Shown here in pieces: positions 1-11,830 of a stretch of 64,000 nt of DNA. How positions within the stretch are numbered: the first letter of the stretch is position 1; every line of letters starts with the position of its first letter. The translations under genes and the position numbers were made by a program. The stretch is from NCBI GenBank assembly GCA_030141605.1, contig JAQGDQ010000004.1, positions 62,001-126,000 of the forward strand, read 5' to 3'. The notes beneath the pieces were generated by a model that was not told where the DNA came from, searched no databases, and saw nothing but the letters and a program-made list of their open reading frames with translations. The DNA comes from Tubiluchus corallicola (taxonomy: Eukaryota; Animalia; Priapulida).

Positions 1-1130
1 TTCGAGCCTTAAAAGGATGTAAACATTAATTTGAAAATGAAGTTTTGCTTGTAAAAATAAAATATCGCGGTCTGTGGGCTTGAATTGTAGTGTCTCTGGT
101 AAATTTTCGTAGCGACGTAAAATTACATTATTTTATTAAATCTGATTTGATTATTAATTTAAATGGTCCATCTGGAAAAAATGTATTGCGCAATTTCGTA
201 TTTTTCTAAGCACGTGTAAGCCTAATAATTTCACTGGCAATTGTAAGCAAATGTTGGCTCCTCTTCTGGGGTTAGTTTGGTGAAATTTCACTGACGCACG
301 GAAAGTCGGACCAACGGAAGCAGGTATATCTCCTTGTAAACTAAGCTATTATGCATTTGTTGATACATTTACGCAGAAAATTCCAGTACTTCAATTAGGG
401 TAAAATGTTTCCTATACGCCGCTGTTAGTTTTGTCCGAGGTAGCTCTTTGCCAGCACGATTCTCTTTTTTCCTGCATCGTGCCTGTTACTGTAACTATAA
501 AATGCCTTTTCTTAAGCCATAAAATTTAAGGGGACTAAAAGGAACTACAAAGCCATTAAGAACTTAATCCCGTTTCACTTTCTTTTAAGAACAGCAGCTG
601 CCGTAACAGCTCTTACTTTATAGTGTCAAAATCATGTGTTGTAGGTAATCATAAATCATCGTTAGAAACAGATTTCAACTGTGGTTCATAGCCCTTTAGA
701 AGGTAGTGTGATCCATTGAATTATCCGTCCGAGAAAACGCTGCTGGTAAGTAAGTTGCCAAGAAAGTTACAGAACTGTAGGCTCTCAGTGTATGATCTGT
801 TTCAAATTAGATATGGCAATGGCAGACTCACAAATATTTATTACAGCGAATAGTTTTTCATTGTCGAAGGAGTATCAGTAGATGCCTAGCAGACATCATT
901 TCTGCCTTTGTTTGTGAGGACAGTTTGCTAAATGGAAGTTCAATTTTTAAGGAATTTTTAATTTCACCTGATACCTTTAAAATTACAACGATATACATGA
1001 AAGTTATATTACGATTATTACATGGGAACAACTAAAAAGTTGGATTCTTCGTACAAAAGGAGATTCCAGCTATCTCGAACGGAACAAGCCCAAGCAGAAA
1101 CGAAATGGGTGAGATGACTTCAATAAACTT

Positions 1131-1211
1131 TCTCTCTCTCTCTCTCTCACGCACATACATACACACACGCACGCACGCACGCACTCTCTCTCTCTCTCTC
1201 TCTCTTTCTCT
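1131..1211. repeat. Compound microsatellite (CT)n/(CA)n/(GCAC)n/(CT)n
   Basis: Directly visible; explains spurious ORFs 1032..1223 and 1105..1398. Confidence 0.95.
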
Positions 1212-2414
1212 GCCGCTCCTCACTTTCTCAGTTTCTCTCTGTTATTTTCTTCCATCCTTTTTCTCTGTGCCTGTCCCTCAGTTTCTCTCTGTTAGTTTCT
1301 TCCATCCTTTTTCTTCCCATCTCTCTTTTTCTCAGTCTCTTACTGTATCAAATGACTCCATTCAGAATTTCACTTATAATATTATTTATTTTTTTTAAAA
1401 TTGGGGTGACCAGAAAAGGTGACCGAAAAACGTCATTTCGATCGTTTTTTAAGTTATTAAGTATAGAGAACGAGACACTAACAGTCGTAGTCGTGTAATA
1501 AATTTACGTGGTAATTTATCCTTTTTCCAATTTATTTGGTCATAGGGGCAAATTGTGCGAATTATAGTTTTAGCGATTCTGTTTTAATCAATGTAGACTT
1601 GGTGTCACCTCAAATTACATATTCGAATCTTAATTACAAGAAAAGACTACAAACCAGATTCGTTTGTTTTAACAGCTTGTTACAACAGTCGTAACAACAA
1701 GCAAACGACAGTCTGCTTTAGGAATAATTGGATCACAAAAGTTTTGTAAAAGGAAGCTTTGTTCACATCAGCGTTGCTCACGAAATACATCGACACTTTT
1801 TGCACTTGATTCGCCCCTCGGAATCGAAACTATCGTCATTAAATTCAGGTATGTCATGAGACTAATTGCAGGCTTTTAATAGAAGAAACTGTAATTTCGA
1901 TTTCAATTGCTTAAGGGAAAAATGCGCAGTTGGAAAACTGATGCTTAAATGCCAAACTTTATCTGAAACTAATTAGCTGTCTTCACATTTTTATTGGCAC
2001 TGGATCACAAAAATGCTTTTGTTTGTAACCCTTCCTCGTCCCCAATCAAAAAAAAAAAAAAAAGAAGCAATTCTGTCGTAATCAAGAAATAAATCAGGTT
2101 TACTTCGGCGAGGACTTGCTAGTTTTACTCATTCAGCTCATTGATAGGAAAACATAATACTGGATTGAATTCGACTTGGCTCAGGAATCAAGGGAGTCCA
2201 GGATAGCCTGGCGGTCTTTTAATCCCGCAGTGCGATTATCCATCCCGTATGGTTGTTCTTTAATGTAACTAATTGCTTAATTGATTAAATTCATTAGCTA
2301 CAAATGTTGTAATAATTAATAATGAATTGTTTATGAAATAATTGCTCATACCTTTCGTAATACGTATTTTGATACACACAAAATAGAACCCTAAAATAAC
2401 GCTGTAACAAGTTT

Positions 2415-4143
2415 TATTGTTCCATGCCGGACAGTTACCTGGTAGCAGTTTACGGTGGATAAAAATGAAATGATATGAGGACTGGCGGAAAATTCGCCTC
2501 TACAAAGCTTTTCTGTAGCTTGAACACATGGTTTGTTGTCTGTTAGTATGCAGGAGTGAGAAGTCGACTGTATAATAAAGGGACTAACATGTTTGACAGC
2601 AGCAGCAATGCACAAGGCTTCTCCCTCACAAGGTAACCATGTAACCTGGTGTTTGCATAACTTGGCACTGAAGAATCCGGCAAGGAATAATTTGAATTGC
2701 GGGTAACGTACAAAGTAGCACCAATACTCCTTTTAGTGACAAATCCATCAGTTACTATCCACAGCTGATCTGAAGGTACTGGTAAAATTATGGATTTGTG
2801 CATAGATAGAGCGTTTTGGGCAGCGGCAAAATGATAGTGTAATTCATCGGTCCACTGCAGCAGTCCAGCGATGGCATCCTCTAAAGGGGCCAACACAAGG
2901 GAACAGCCAGGTAAGACACTTTCAAGTACTTTATATACACCAATAAATGATCGAAGACCATGGACTGTATTTGGTGCAGGGCATGTTGATAAGGTGGCTA
3001 AGTGGTGAGGGCTAGCAGCAAAGTGGCCTTGTGTCCAGATCCATCCTAGTATGGTGGTTGACTTTGGACAGATGATAGTCTTTGTGGGAGACAAGTGGAT
3101 GTTGGACTTGTGAAGAGTATCAAGAACCCGACACCAATTGTCCAAGAGTTCTTCAGGGGTACCACCTCCACAACAGAGGTCATCTGCTAATTTAGAAACA
3201 AAGCCATCTTGGAGAGAGTCACCAATGATCTGACACATTAATTCTTCTAGTATCGTTTCGGAACCAGGCATGCCAATTTCACATCTGGTGTACACTCTGA
3301 TGCCATGGAATGGAGTAGCTACCCCACAATACTTCACAGAAGAATGTTCTAACGGAATCTGATAGAAAGCATCAGTTAGGTCAGATACAATGATGTAACA
3401 CCAACGGGCGATAGTTTGTAGGATAGTGTTGGCATCAGGCATTAAAGATGGCTGGGACGTGCTATATCTGCCAACATCTGAAAAGGCTGTTACAAGGCGA
3501 TGACCAAATCTGCGCTTTTTTACTAAGAATGAGGGGTTTAGGTGTTCGACAGGAACATTAACATCTTCAGGGTGACGGACTACACCCTGTGCTTCAAGCT
3601 CGTCAAACTTTGCTTGCAGCTCTATGAATTTATCTCGTGAGTATTGAGGTACTCTGCCCTTGCGCTGTGGGGGCTGTACGGGACCCATATTGACTTTGGA
3701 TGCGAACTTGCCAGCAGCACCATTGTATCCACTGATATTGGGGATAAAAATGCAATCATAGTCTTGTAGTAGCTTCTTGAAGTTGGCACAAAATTGTGGG
3801 CTTAGGATGTTATCTGGGTCAACAGTGACGGCATCTGAGTAACGAAATGGTGGGTTCTGCTTGGCATTATGCATTTGAGCCTGGGGTAGGTTTTGTGAAT
3901 CCTGGCTATTAGTAGTAGGTTTGGAACTAGATACCAAATAGGTCCTGGAAATGTGTGTGTGTCTGGGTATTGTAAATGCATCAGAAAAAATATTCGGTAT
4001 ACGGATTTTTCCTGCTACAGCTTCAATTATGTCAGGTTGAGGCCAAAGTGAGGGGGTTTTGGCATAGTCAGTATGAGGCTCTATGGCTAAAGAGCAGTCA
4101 GGGTCCACAGAAGGAGGTACTGATAACTCTAAGTACTCTAACT
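2415..4143 (-). pseudogene. pol: Gypsy pol: reverse transcriptase and RNase H, frameshifted near 2690 and 2620, truncated at the end of RNase H
   Basis: 552-aa ORF with NPSFLVKK, DLTDAFYQIPL, LADD, ILGWIW and LRSFIG; continues in ORF 2391..2615 (CIAAAVKH...[11 protein letters not shown]). Confidence 0.9.
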
Positions 4144-4617
4144 CTAGCCAGGCCAAATCATAGTAGGAGTTGAGGGTGCAAGCAGAACATGGGCATAGCA
4201 AATACTGCTTTTGGAGGTGTTGGCAGGGGGAATGTCATATTTAGCAGTGTCTGAGCCTTTTATGCAAACCTGTTTCCGAGCAGGGAGAACTGAGATATCG
4301 TTAGCAATGAGGAAAGGAGTTCCAGCCAAGATATCAACATCCAAATTATGCACTACTAGGACTTCTAAACAGAGATTGTGAGCATTTCGAGTAACAGTTA
4401 TGCGTGTTTCACCTATGATGTCCAATGGGGTAACCCCATCAGCTTGCAAAGCGGACTGTGTAGTTTGCTGAATAGGAACATCAATTAGAAGGGCAATAGC
4501 TTCTTTGATCATGCTGGTTTCAGCACCTGTGTCTAGGGTTATGTAGATTGGATGATGTTTGCAGAAAACTTTCAAATAAGGAGATTGTTTTGTGCTGACT
4601 CGATGTGCGGTAGACAT
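4144..4617 (-). pseudogene. Retropepsin-type aspartic protease of the Gypsy pol
   Basis: ITLDTGAETSMI catalytic motif, QADG flap and DILAGTPFL motif. Confidence 0.9.
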
Positions 4618-4639
4618 GCAACAGAGATTATGGGAAGCA

Positions 4640-5552
4640 CACTCATCATCATCATCGGTGTCAGGCTCTGTTGTGTCAATGTCATGACAACTGTCTGCAC
4701 ATCTTGACTGTAGTCTTCCTCAAAGCTGATGGTCTGACGGGCTCTGGCGAAATATTCCTTATCTTCCTCTGGCAGGTACTGGCATGTACTGAGAAAATGC
4801 TGAAATTTAGCACGACCCGCTTGTGTGCATAATGGGCAAATTTTTGTTGAACGACGGGGTTGCTTTTTCTAAACCAAGGGCTGTTTGCATTTGGAATAAT
4901 TTGGAAATTGTTGGAAATTGTTAACACTTTAGCATCGGCTGATGCCTAAAGTTCCTCTAGTAAAGAATCTAGTGCCAAGGAAATTTCTGGCTTCAGAGAG
5001 GCAAGTGTTTTTGATTTCAATTCTGTACCGTACTTTTGCTTGACTAAGCTGGGTAGTCCAGGATGTAAAAGTCGAAGCCATGTCAGAATTATTAGATTCT
5101 CTAAGGTGGGTGTAATTTCCTCATCACTAGCTGGATTCTCACCGTGGTGCTGTATACCACCGGCAGCGCGTAAGAGGTTATCCTCAATGAAACTATTTAA
5201 ACGCTGGAAAAGATCTTCTGAACGTTCATCTGGCTGCATATGAATATTATTAAAATCCAAAAAATGACCACCTGTTGCCTGGAATTCGAGATGCCGTCTA
5301 ATTGTTTGCCATATACTAGTCAATGATGTTGAGTTCGGCGGTTTGCAATGGGACCATTTTCGACATCATCTTGTAGACCTCGTAAAGTGCTGCATTTGTT
5401 TTCTTATGCCAGGTCGCACCTTCAACTAAAAAATCTGCAAAATTCTGATCTAGCGATAGAGTGTATTGCAAATTTTGACGCCATGCTTCAAATGACATAA
5501 TAGTCTCTTGCTTTGTCATACACCACTGTTTTGGAGTACGAGTAGTGGTCAT
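4640..5552 (-). pseudogene. gag: Gypsy gag (fragmented) with C-terminal zinc knuckle
   Basis: ORF pieces 5552..5316 ([30 protein letters not shown]) and 5323..4946 ([10 protein letters not shown]...[20 protein letters not shown]). An unlisted frame reads CPLCTQAGRAKFQHFLSTC at 4838..4782. Confidence 0.8.
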
Positions 5553-5768
5553 ATTTTAACACAAATTGAGGGTGTTTATTAATTAGTCACATGGGTAATT
5601 ATTAGTACTAGTTCTTTCGAAAATTGCGCTGATAAATTTGAATTCTTACGTCTTTACAGCTATGGCATAAGCTGACTGGTTTTGGTTAGATTTAGACGGG
5701 TGCATGTATACTCTCGACGAACCATTTATAAGATCCACTGGCTTTTCTGATTACGTAGTTCGTAGTGA

Positions 5769-5783
5769 CACCGGCAGCCACCA
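5769..5783 (-). promoter_or_regulatory. Putative primer-binding site (tRNA-Leu-like)
   Basis: - strand TGGTGGCTGCCGGTG resembles TGGTGGCAGCGGTG, the complement of the tRNA-Leu(AAG/TAG) 3' end (one mismatch, one insertion), about 220 nt upstream of the gag ATG. Confidence 0.5.
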
Positions 5784-5789
5784 CGCCAT

Positions 5790-5982
5790 TAATTAAAGAA
5801 TGTACCAGCTCTGTCTCTAACACCAAGACGACAAGAATAAATTTAACAACTTTATTGTAACTCGCAAAGTAACGAGGTTATAACTAGAAAGATGAGCGCA
5901 ACCGAAAAACGAAGAAGTTGAAAACAAAAGGGCAACTTTGCAAAAGGGGTAAAGTTGATAACACTACCAACATGCATGTACA
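5790..5982 (-). repeat. Putative 5' LTR of the Gypsy element
   Basis: Next to the PBS; carries AATAAA on the - strand (5851..5856) and TGTAC...GTACA inverted ends (5801/5982). No second copy, so boundaries are uncertain. Confidence 0.45.
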
Positions 5983-8900
5983 CTGGCGCTGAAACACACT
6001 ATTTTTTCAAAAATGACTTGCGTGAAAGAATTATTACCACACAAACACAATTTCGCGTTCGCGCCACTAGTTCTTCGCTGCAGCATGCATTTCGCCATTC
6101 GCTAGTTAGACGGGCACTAGCGCCTGCATTTCGGAAATGCATTGCACAAAAATCAGGTGCTGTACCTCTCAGTTTAGATGTGTTAGTTTGTGACGAACTA
6201 CACACGTTTGACAGCTCATGTGTGAGCACAGCGGTAAAGCTGAAATTTTATCTTGAAACTTGCCTTGTTTTAGTACAACATACTGAATATCTTACTGTAG
6301 CACTGTATTTAAATTTTCTCTTTCCAAACACGTGCAACACGCTCGCGGAAGTTTTTTTGGTATTGAAAATTATGTTAGTTGATGATGTCATCAATAGTTG
6401 GGCTCGCCCGCCGTTAATTAAGTTTTTAATCTATTATTTAATTGTAAGAAACGCTTTTGCAGTATTAATTATGTTAAAATGTATACTATATATCGGTATA
6501 TCGGACTTGAAAATGAGGTAGTATATGAAAAGTCGCCCTGTCTTCCTTTAAGGTCATTAATTCAGCGCACTTTATAATTATGAAACATGACACGTTTTTC
6601 AGCACTTCCACTCCAAACCGACTCAAATTAGTTTTCCTTCCTTAGATTTTTCTCGCAAGTATTGATCGAAGACACAGTTAAATTAATTAAGAGTTGTTGG
6701 TGGTGATGATGATTTGATGTTGTTGTTGTTGCTGTTGTTTATGATGATGATGATGATGATGAGGATAATGATGATATTTTTTTATTTATATAATATTGAC
6801 ACATATATAGACTTGAAGGTAAGAGTGTCTAACTGTAGATAGGTAGTACAGGTAAGAGCCTGTGTTGCAATTAGTTTCATTATCCAGTTGTCAGTTAGAA
6901 ATTATCACCTGTATATGATGTATCAGTAACTTGACATTAAAAGGAATAAAGAGAAGCCGATTAGTCTCGGTGTATGCTTAGCGATTGAGGTTTGTCATTA
7001 AATAGATGGGTATGACGAAGCGACTGGCTTGGCCTGCCATACTTGTCCAATCATCTCTTCCGTTAGAGAGGCGCTGTACAAGGAGGCAAACTTAGCTAAG
7101 GCACCTCTGCCGGCTCAGTATTGTATTTTAGCAAATTGTCTACCGTTAGTTAGCCAGATTGTAGTTCTACCAAGACCGTCTACATTAAGCAGGTCGTCCT
7201 ATTCTGTGCCAAAGGTACGAAAAATGATTGTAATCATCATCATCATTATTATTATTACATGTATTATTATCACGTAGACCTATTATAAAAAATAGCTATG
7301 AAAATAAAATTTTACATCGTATGAACATAGGAAAACAATTCATTGTTTTTACAGTTGGACTGATTTTTTTGCGGCTCGCCTTTTCTTCTTTGTACAGTTT
7401 CAATGTATAGACCTACTTAGTACTTACCTGCAATAACTAATGTAACGAACACGAGCGCGAATTTCTCCATTACACCAGAATAAAACCTGCACTAGAATCT
7501 GAATCTGAACTCACGCTGACTTATTAGAACAAATAAACAAACAACACATGGTACGATATGTATATCCCTGGTTTCTTAGCCGCGTAGGATGCACCACGGC
7601 GTCAAAAAAGTTTATATTAACGCCTTAGATTATCGACGAGAGTGTAAAGACTTTTATGTACGACCTATCGAGTCCACAATTTCTCTGAAAGCTTTTTAAC
7701 ACTTTGATCATGATTGACTTAAAAGGATGGCTTTCAGGCTAGGATGTCTTTTAGCTGTCCCAACGTTCCTGCCAGAAGCTAGTGATACTGTTCTCATCAT
7801 AGCGAGATCACTGCGCACTATTGCTAACTGACTTGGGTTTCTGTTTTGAGTGAGTAATCGAATGCGATTTGCGCATGCACAAGAGAATTAAGACGACGAA
7901 TGGCTACTGGCAGTTTGGGTTCGAGGGACTCCAGCTACGTAAAATAACAATTGTGCGTCTGCATTTTACATGATACAGCACCTTCTGGACGTTAAATGGG
8001 TTTTATCAATAGAAAACTTTAGGCAATGGGTAACAGTTGAGTGGTCATTATGTATAGTTAGTGAATGCTCTGATCATAGTTAAACAACACTAAGCCTGGT
8101 CAGCAAACTGATTGCAAATTTCATCTTTCCACCTTGTTTTGATCTATTATATTACCCTCTGCCATTTCAGTGACTTTTGAGGATCATTTTTGATGATTAC
8201 TTAGACTTTCCGTAATACTCTTGCAGTACTTGTTAACGTCACGCTGCAGGATTGGCAACAGCTTCAGCAGGTTACCATTAAACCGACTAATAAGACGGAC
8301 GGTTCTTAATGTACCCCAGAAGGAATTATATGTCACGCTTTACTGCGACTTCACTATAGGGCGGATTCAGAGATTACAGATGTAAAACGAATACTGTAAA
8401 ATGCACATGAATCGTCTTCATGGAGTAACAAATGATTTCAATCCAATCCCAATAAAATTTATAAACGAGTACTTGTCTTTGGGACGCTCCACACAAACTT
8501 TTGTTTAGAACTCAACCCATTGTGTGAAGTAGCAAAGATCGTCACTAGTGCCCCGTTTAATGTATATGGATCCGCCATTGATTAACATCATGTAAAATCT
8601 TAAACGTGATCAGGTGTTCTCTCAGGTAAGGAAACAACCTTGCAGATAGACATGGTGTCAAATGCGCAAATAAAGACATCTCTCAAGACCGTGCAGGGAC
8701 GTTTGCTGAAGCAGATGCTATGCAACAATCATGCAATCTTTTATTGCTTGGGAACCGCAGTTTAACCAAAAACAAAAGCATCAACCAAAACGTTAAACCA
8801 CATTTATTTTGGTCCATACCCAGTACACGTTGTAAGGTCGAAACTTATTGAAGTAAAGATATGGATTTTACGCTCTCATTGGCGTTTTTATTTTTAGTTA

Positions 8901-9258
8901 TCCTGCAATTTCCTAGCAAGCAATAAAAGTTTCTTTGAAGTTATGCCAAATAATACCGCAACGATATTGCAATGAAAATCAAAATGAATGGGAAATTAAA
9001 AAAAGATAAGGATTTTTACACTATCAATGTTTTTTTTTGTTTGCATTTATTTGACCAAATTGTGTTCCCAGTTTTTTACAATTTCAACTACAGTGTTCAT
9101 TCATTCAATTAAAATCATGCGCTTGGATAACACATAACCTCGCAACAAAGCGATATACGCACTGAACCGACAGGGGGCTTAGCTACGTTAGGAAGCACGT
9201 TGGTCATTTATCGCTGAATCAAGTAGGTAGGGCAATGTGTGATAAAACCGCCAAAAAA

Positions 9259-9306
9259 GTAACACATCAATTTATTGATCAGGCCTAACATTGCTTAACT
9301 TCGAAG
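9259..9306 (-). mobile_element. 5S rRNA-derived relic (SINE3-like head or 5S pseudogene fragment)
   Basis: - strand CTTCGAAGTTAAGCAATGTTAGGCCTGATCAATAAATTGATGTGTTAC aligns without gaps to the 5S internal control region (GAAGCTAAGCAGGGTCGGGCCTGGTTAGTACTTGGATGGGAGAC). Confidence 0.45.
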
Positions 9307-11054
9307 TTTGGTTGGTAGAGACAAATTGGTTGTCACCTCGGGTTGATAGAGATGTAGAAGAAACCGAAGAAGGCCTTATAACGTTAGTAAATAACGTAAT
9401 GAATGAATTTACTTTAGCTTTACTTTAGCTTAACAGTTTTACTCTAGAGTATAATAAAGTGTACAATCAGAAATTTTTGCCTTCCAGAAGAAAAATAAAG
9501 AAAATTGCTGCCCGCGGGAAATCAAAACAGGGTTTTATTTGCAAATTTTTGTGATTCCTTATGATTTCAATGTCATGCTACAAACCAGCAAGCTACTAGG
9601 CAACAAGTAATTATGTTTAAAATTTAACGAATGCAGTTCGTTCTGAGAAGAGTTTACATTCTTTCTATTTCCTTCTTATCATGCTCTCCCTTTGTTTCCG
9701 TCTCTCTCCCCTCCTCATTTATTTCTCTCTTATTCTCTCCCAAAGTGTTCAATGTGTAGTCTGTATTATTGATTAACATTAGGTAGCAGTCTTAAGCGTG
9801 ATTAGGTGTTCTCGTATGTATAAACATAAACTTATAGGTGGAGCAAGTCATTATACATTTATAAACGGACACGTACCAGGATTTTGAGATTTTGTCTTGA
9901 TAAATTTAATGTGGAAGACATTCACTAGATGTCCTAGCGGACACTATTTATTTCCTGGAAGTATAAACAAAGCATTTTAATAAACAAAGAATGCGATTCT
10001 GAAATCATTCACAAGCTGTAAAACCGATTGCTGTGAAAGCTAGCAATCAAATGCGATAAGCCAACATCAAACCAAACGATTTGTGTTAAACTACAGTTAA
10101 CTTATGCTAATAAGTTGAAGAATTATTATTATTATAGAAATATTGAGACTGAAGACCTGACCTCAAGACCTTGCAGTTAGAACACACATATCACGGTTAC
10201 AACGTTCACATAGAGCAAGCCGGAATTCTCAAGCCCGAAAACCCAAGTCGCACGATACGTCGGATGATCCAGCGAAAGCGAACTTCTCGATTTTAAGTCC
10301 CGAAAAGCCTGACAGGAACTATGATTTTTTCAGCAGTTCTTTGAGTTGTTAAACAGTTTGGTTTATTAAAGCTGGCTTTTCGTAGCCGTTCATTGTAATT
10401 ATAAGCATAAAATAAGCTTTTGTTGTTCTAAACATTTGTGAAAACTCCGCCGTTCTTGACACTTTCATTTGAACTATTGCCAAGTAGCAAAAATACTATT
10501 TATTGTCATCTAGGTACTGCTACGTTCTAAAAACATGACACGTCCCACCTGTTGATGCCACGCATTCCTGTCCACTGCCACTGCCTACGATGCACCATCC
10601 CTCAAATTTAGGGTTGTATTTGTTATTGTTACTAGATACAGAGTAATTTTTAATTTCAATTTTAGCATGCATTATAAATGACGATATTATACAGTAGATA
10701 CAGAAATCTTGACCGCTAAAAAAAGTTTGAACTTCAGTCATCAGTATTTATAGTATTGTTAATATAAAAATAAAGTTTGAATTTGTACAAACGTCTGTGT
10801 ACTTCTGTTATAATTTGCATTTTAAGCAATTATTACAAACTAAAATCCACAATAACACTTCTGTGTTAATATGCGAAAACATTTACTTTAACACGAACAG
10901 TTTATTTCAAAATGTCTACAAAGAAATTTTAAACTAGTTTTTGACTTCTAAACAATGAGTGCTTATAAGAAACTATTATACTAAGTCTTAAAATAATGTT
11001 CAAATAAATCTTAAGTGCAAATTTAAACTGACAACTGGTTAAAACAAGTTGCAG

Positions 11055-11830
11055 TCCAGCACAATTTGTCAATCGAACGATCGTTTTCGTGTGCTGATTT
11101 TTGATGCGAACTTATATTTATTGCCATCTTTCCGAGGATAGATTTGGATAACTTACGCCATTTCCCAAACAACTCTTTGGTGGTATTAGCCTACTTCAAG
11201 CAGCAAGTCATCAACTTGTAGGATTTGCCTTTCTCGACTAGGCAAAAGATTTGACGCAAAAATTTCTAAAAGTCCAAGCACCTGTTTTGAACAAATGGAT
11301 TCAGTTGAGGAGGAACGGCTCTCTTTTCTTTGTTCTTCTGTGCCACATCAGTCGCATAATCCAGTCGAGAAGATTAATTGGAGGACACTCCCACATTTCA
11401 CTGGATGCTGGATACAAACAAAGGTCATTTCCATCAGTAGGGAGCGCCACTGTTCTTCTCTATTTGTCAGCTTTTCGCAAGTGGCAATTAGAGCATCGCA
11501 AACCGAGCAGATAGGTCATTCCACATATCCATTCATCCGAGAAGCATTTGGAATGTTGTATGACCAGTTGAAGTTAGTATCGCTGCTGAATTCTTCGGCT
11601 GGTATACTTGCATGAGATGCCTAGTTTTTTAAAACCTCGCGTAGATAATGTTGAACTCTGCAAAATTAGTACCCTGATCCGGTCACAACTAGCGAGGATG
11701 ACTTCTTGTATAGACAGTCCTTCTAAAACCATTAGGAACTTATCAGTAATTTTATCGCCACCAGATCAAAATGAATTTGCATGGGAGGTCATGTAATGAA
11801 TATCACAATTTGTTTTGCTGAGTATTTCCA
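11055..11830 (-). mobile_element. Heavily decayed BEL/Pao LTR retrotransposon integrase and C-terminal (DUF5641-like) region
   Basis: Manual translation across stops and frameshifts: QIHFDLV, TDKFLMVL, TRSHPR*L*PDQGTNFAE, WSYNIPNASRMNGYVE*PICSV, QVDDLLL...W-MA*VIQIYPRKDG, DRSIDKLC. These match the BEL/Pao motifs RGxPxxxxSDxGTNF, PxAPHxGGxWERLIRSV, YPGxDG and RPIxKL in order. Confidence 0.8.

Larger units (their letters stand above)
2415..5982 (-). mobile_element. Decayed, 3'-truncated Ty3/Gypsy LTR retrotransposon (putative 5' LTR, PBS, gag, protease, RT, RNase H; no integrase or 3' LTR seen)
   Basis: Collinear - strand ORFs with gag-like sequence, protease LDTGA, RT motifs (DLTDAFYQIPL, GMPGSE, KLADDL) and RNase H motifs ([25 protein letters not shown]). 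PR-RT-RH order fits Ty3/Gypsy. Several frameshifts and stops. Confidence 0.93.

Noticed and set aside
2400-2422. TAACAAGTTTTATTGT resembles part of the putative LTR (about 5845..5859), suggesting a 3' LTR remnant
   Set aside because: Only about 15 AT-rich bases match and the similarity does not extend.
5955-6521. 188-aa + strand ORF next to the LTR
   Set aside because: Non-ATG start, no recognisable motif, no splice context, AT-rich composition.
11251-11796. Three + strand ORFs
   Set aside because: Antisense shadows of the decayed BEL/Pao integrase.
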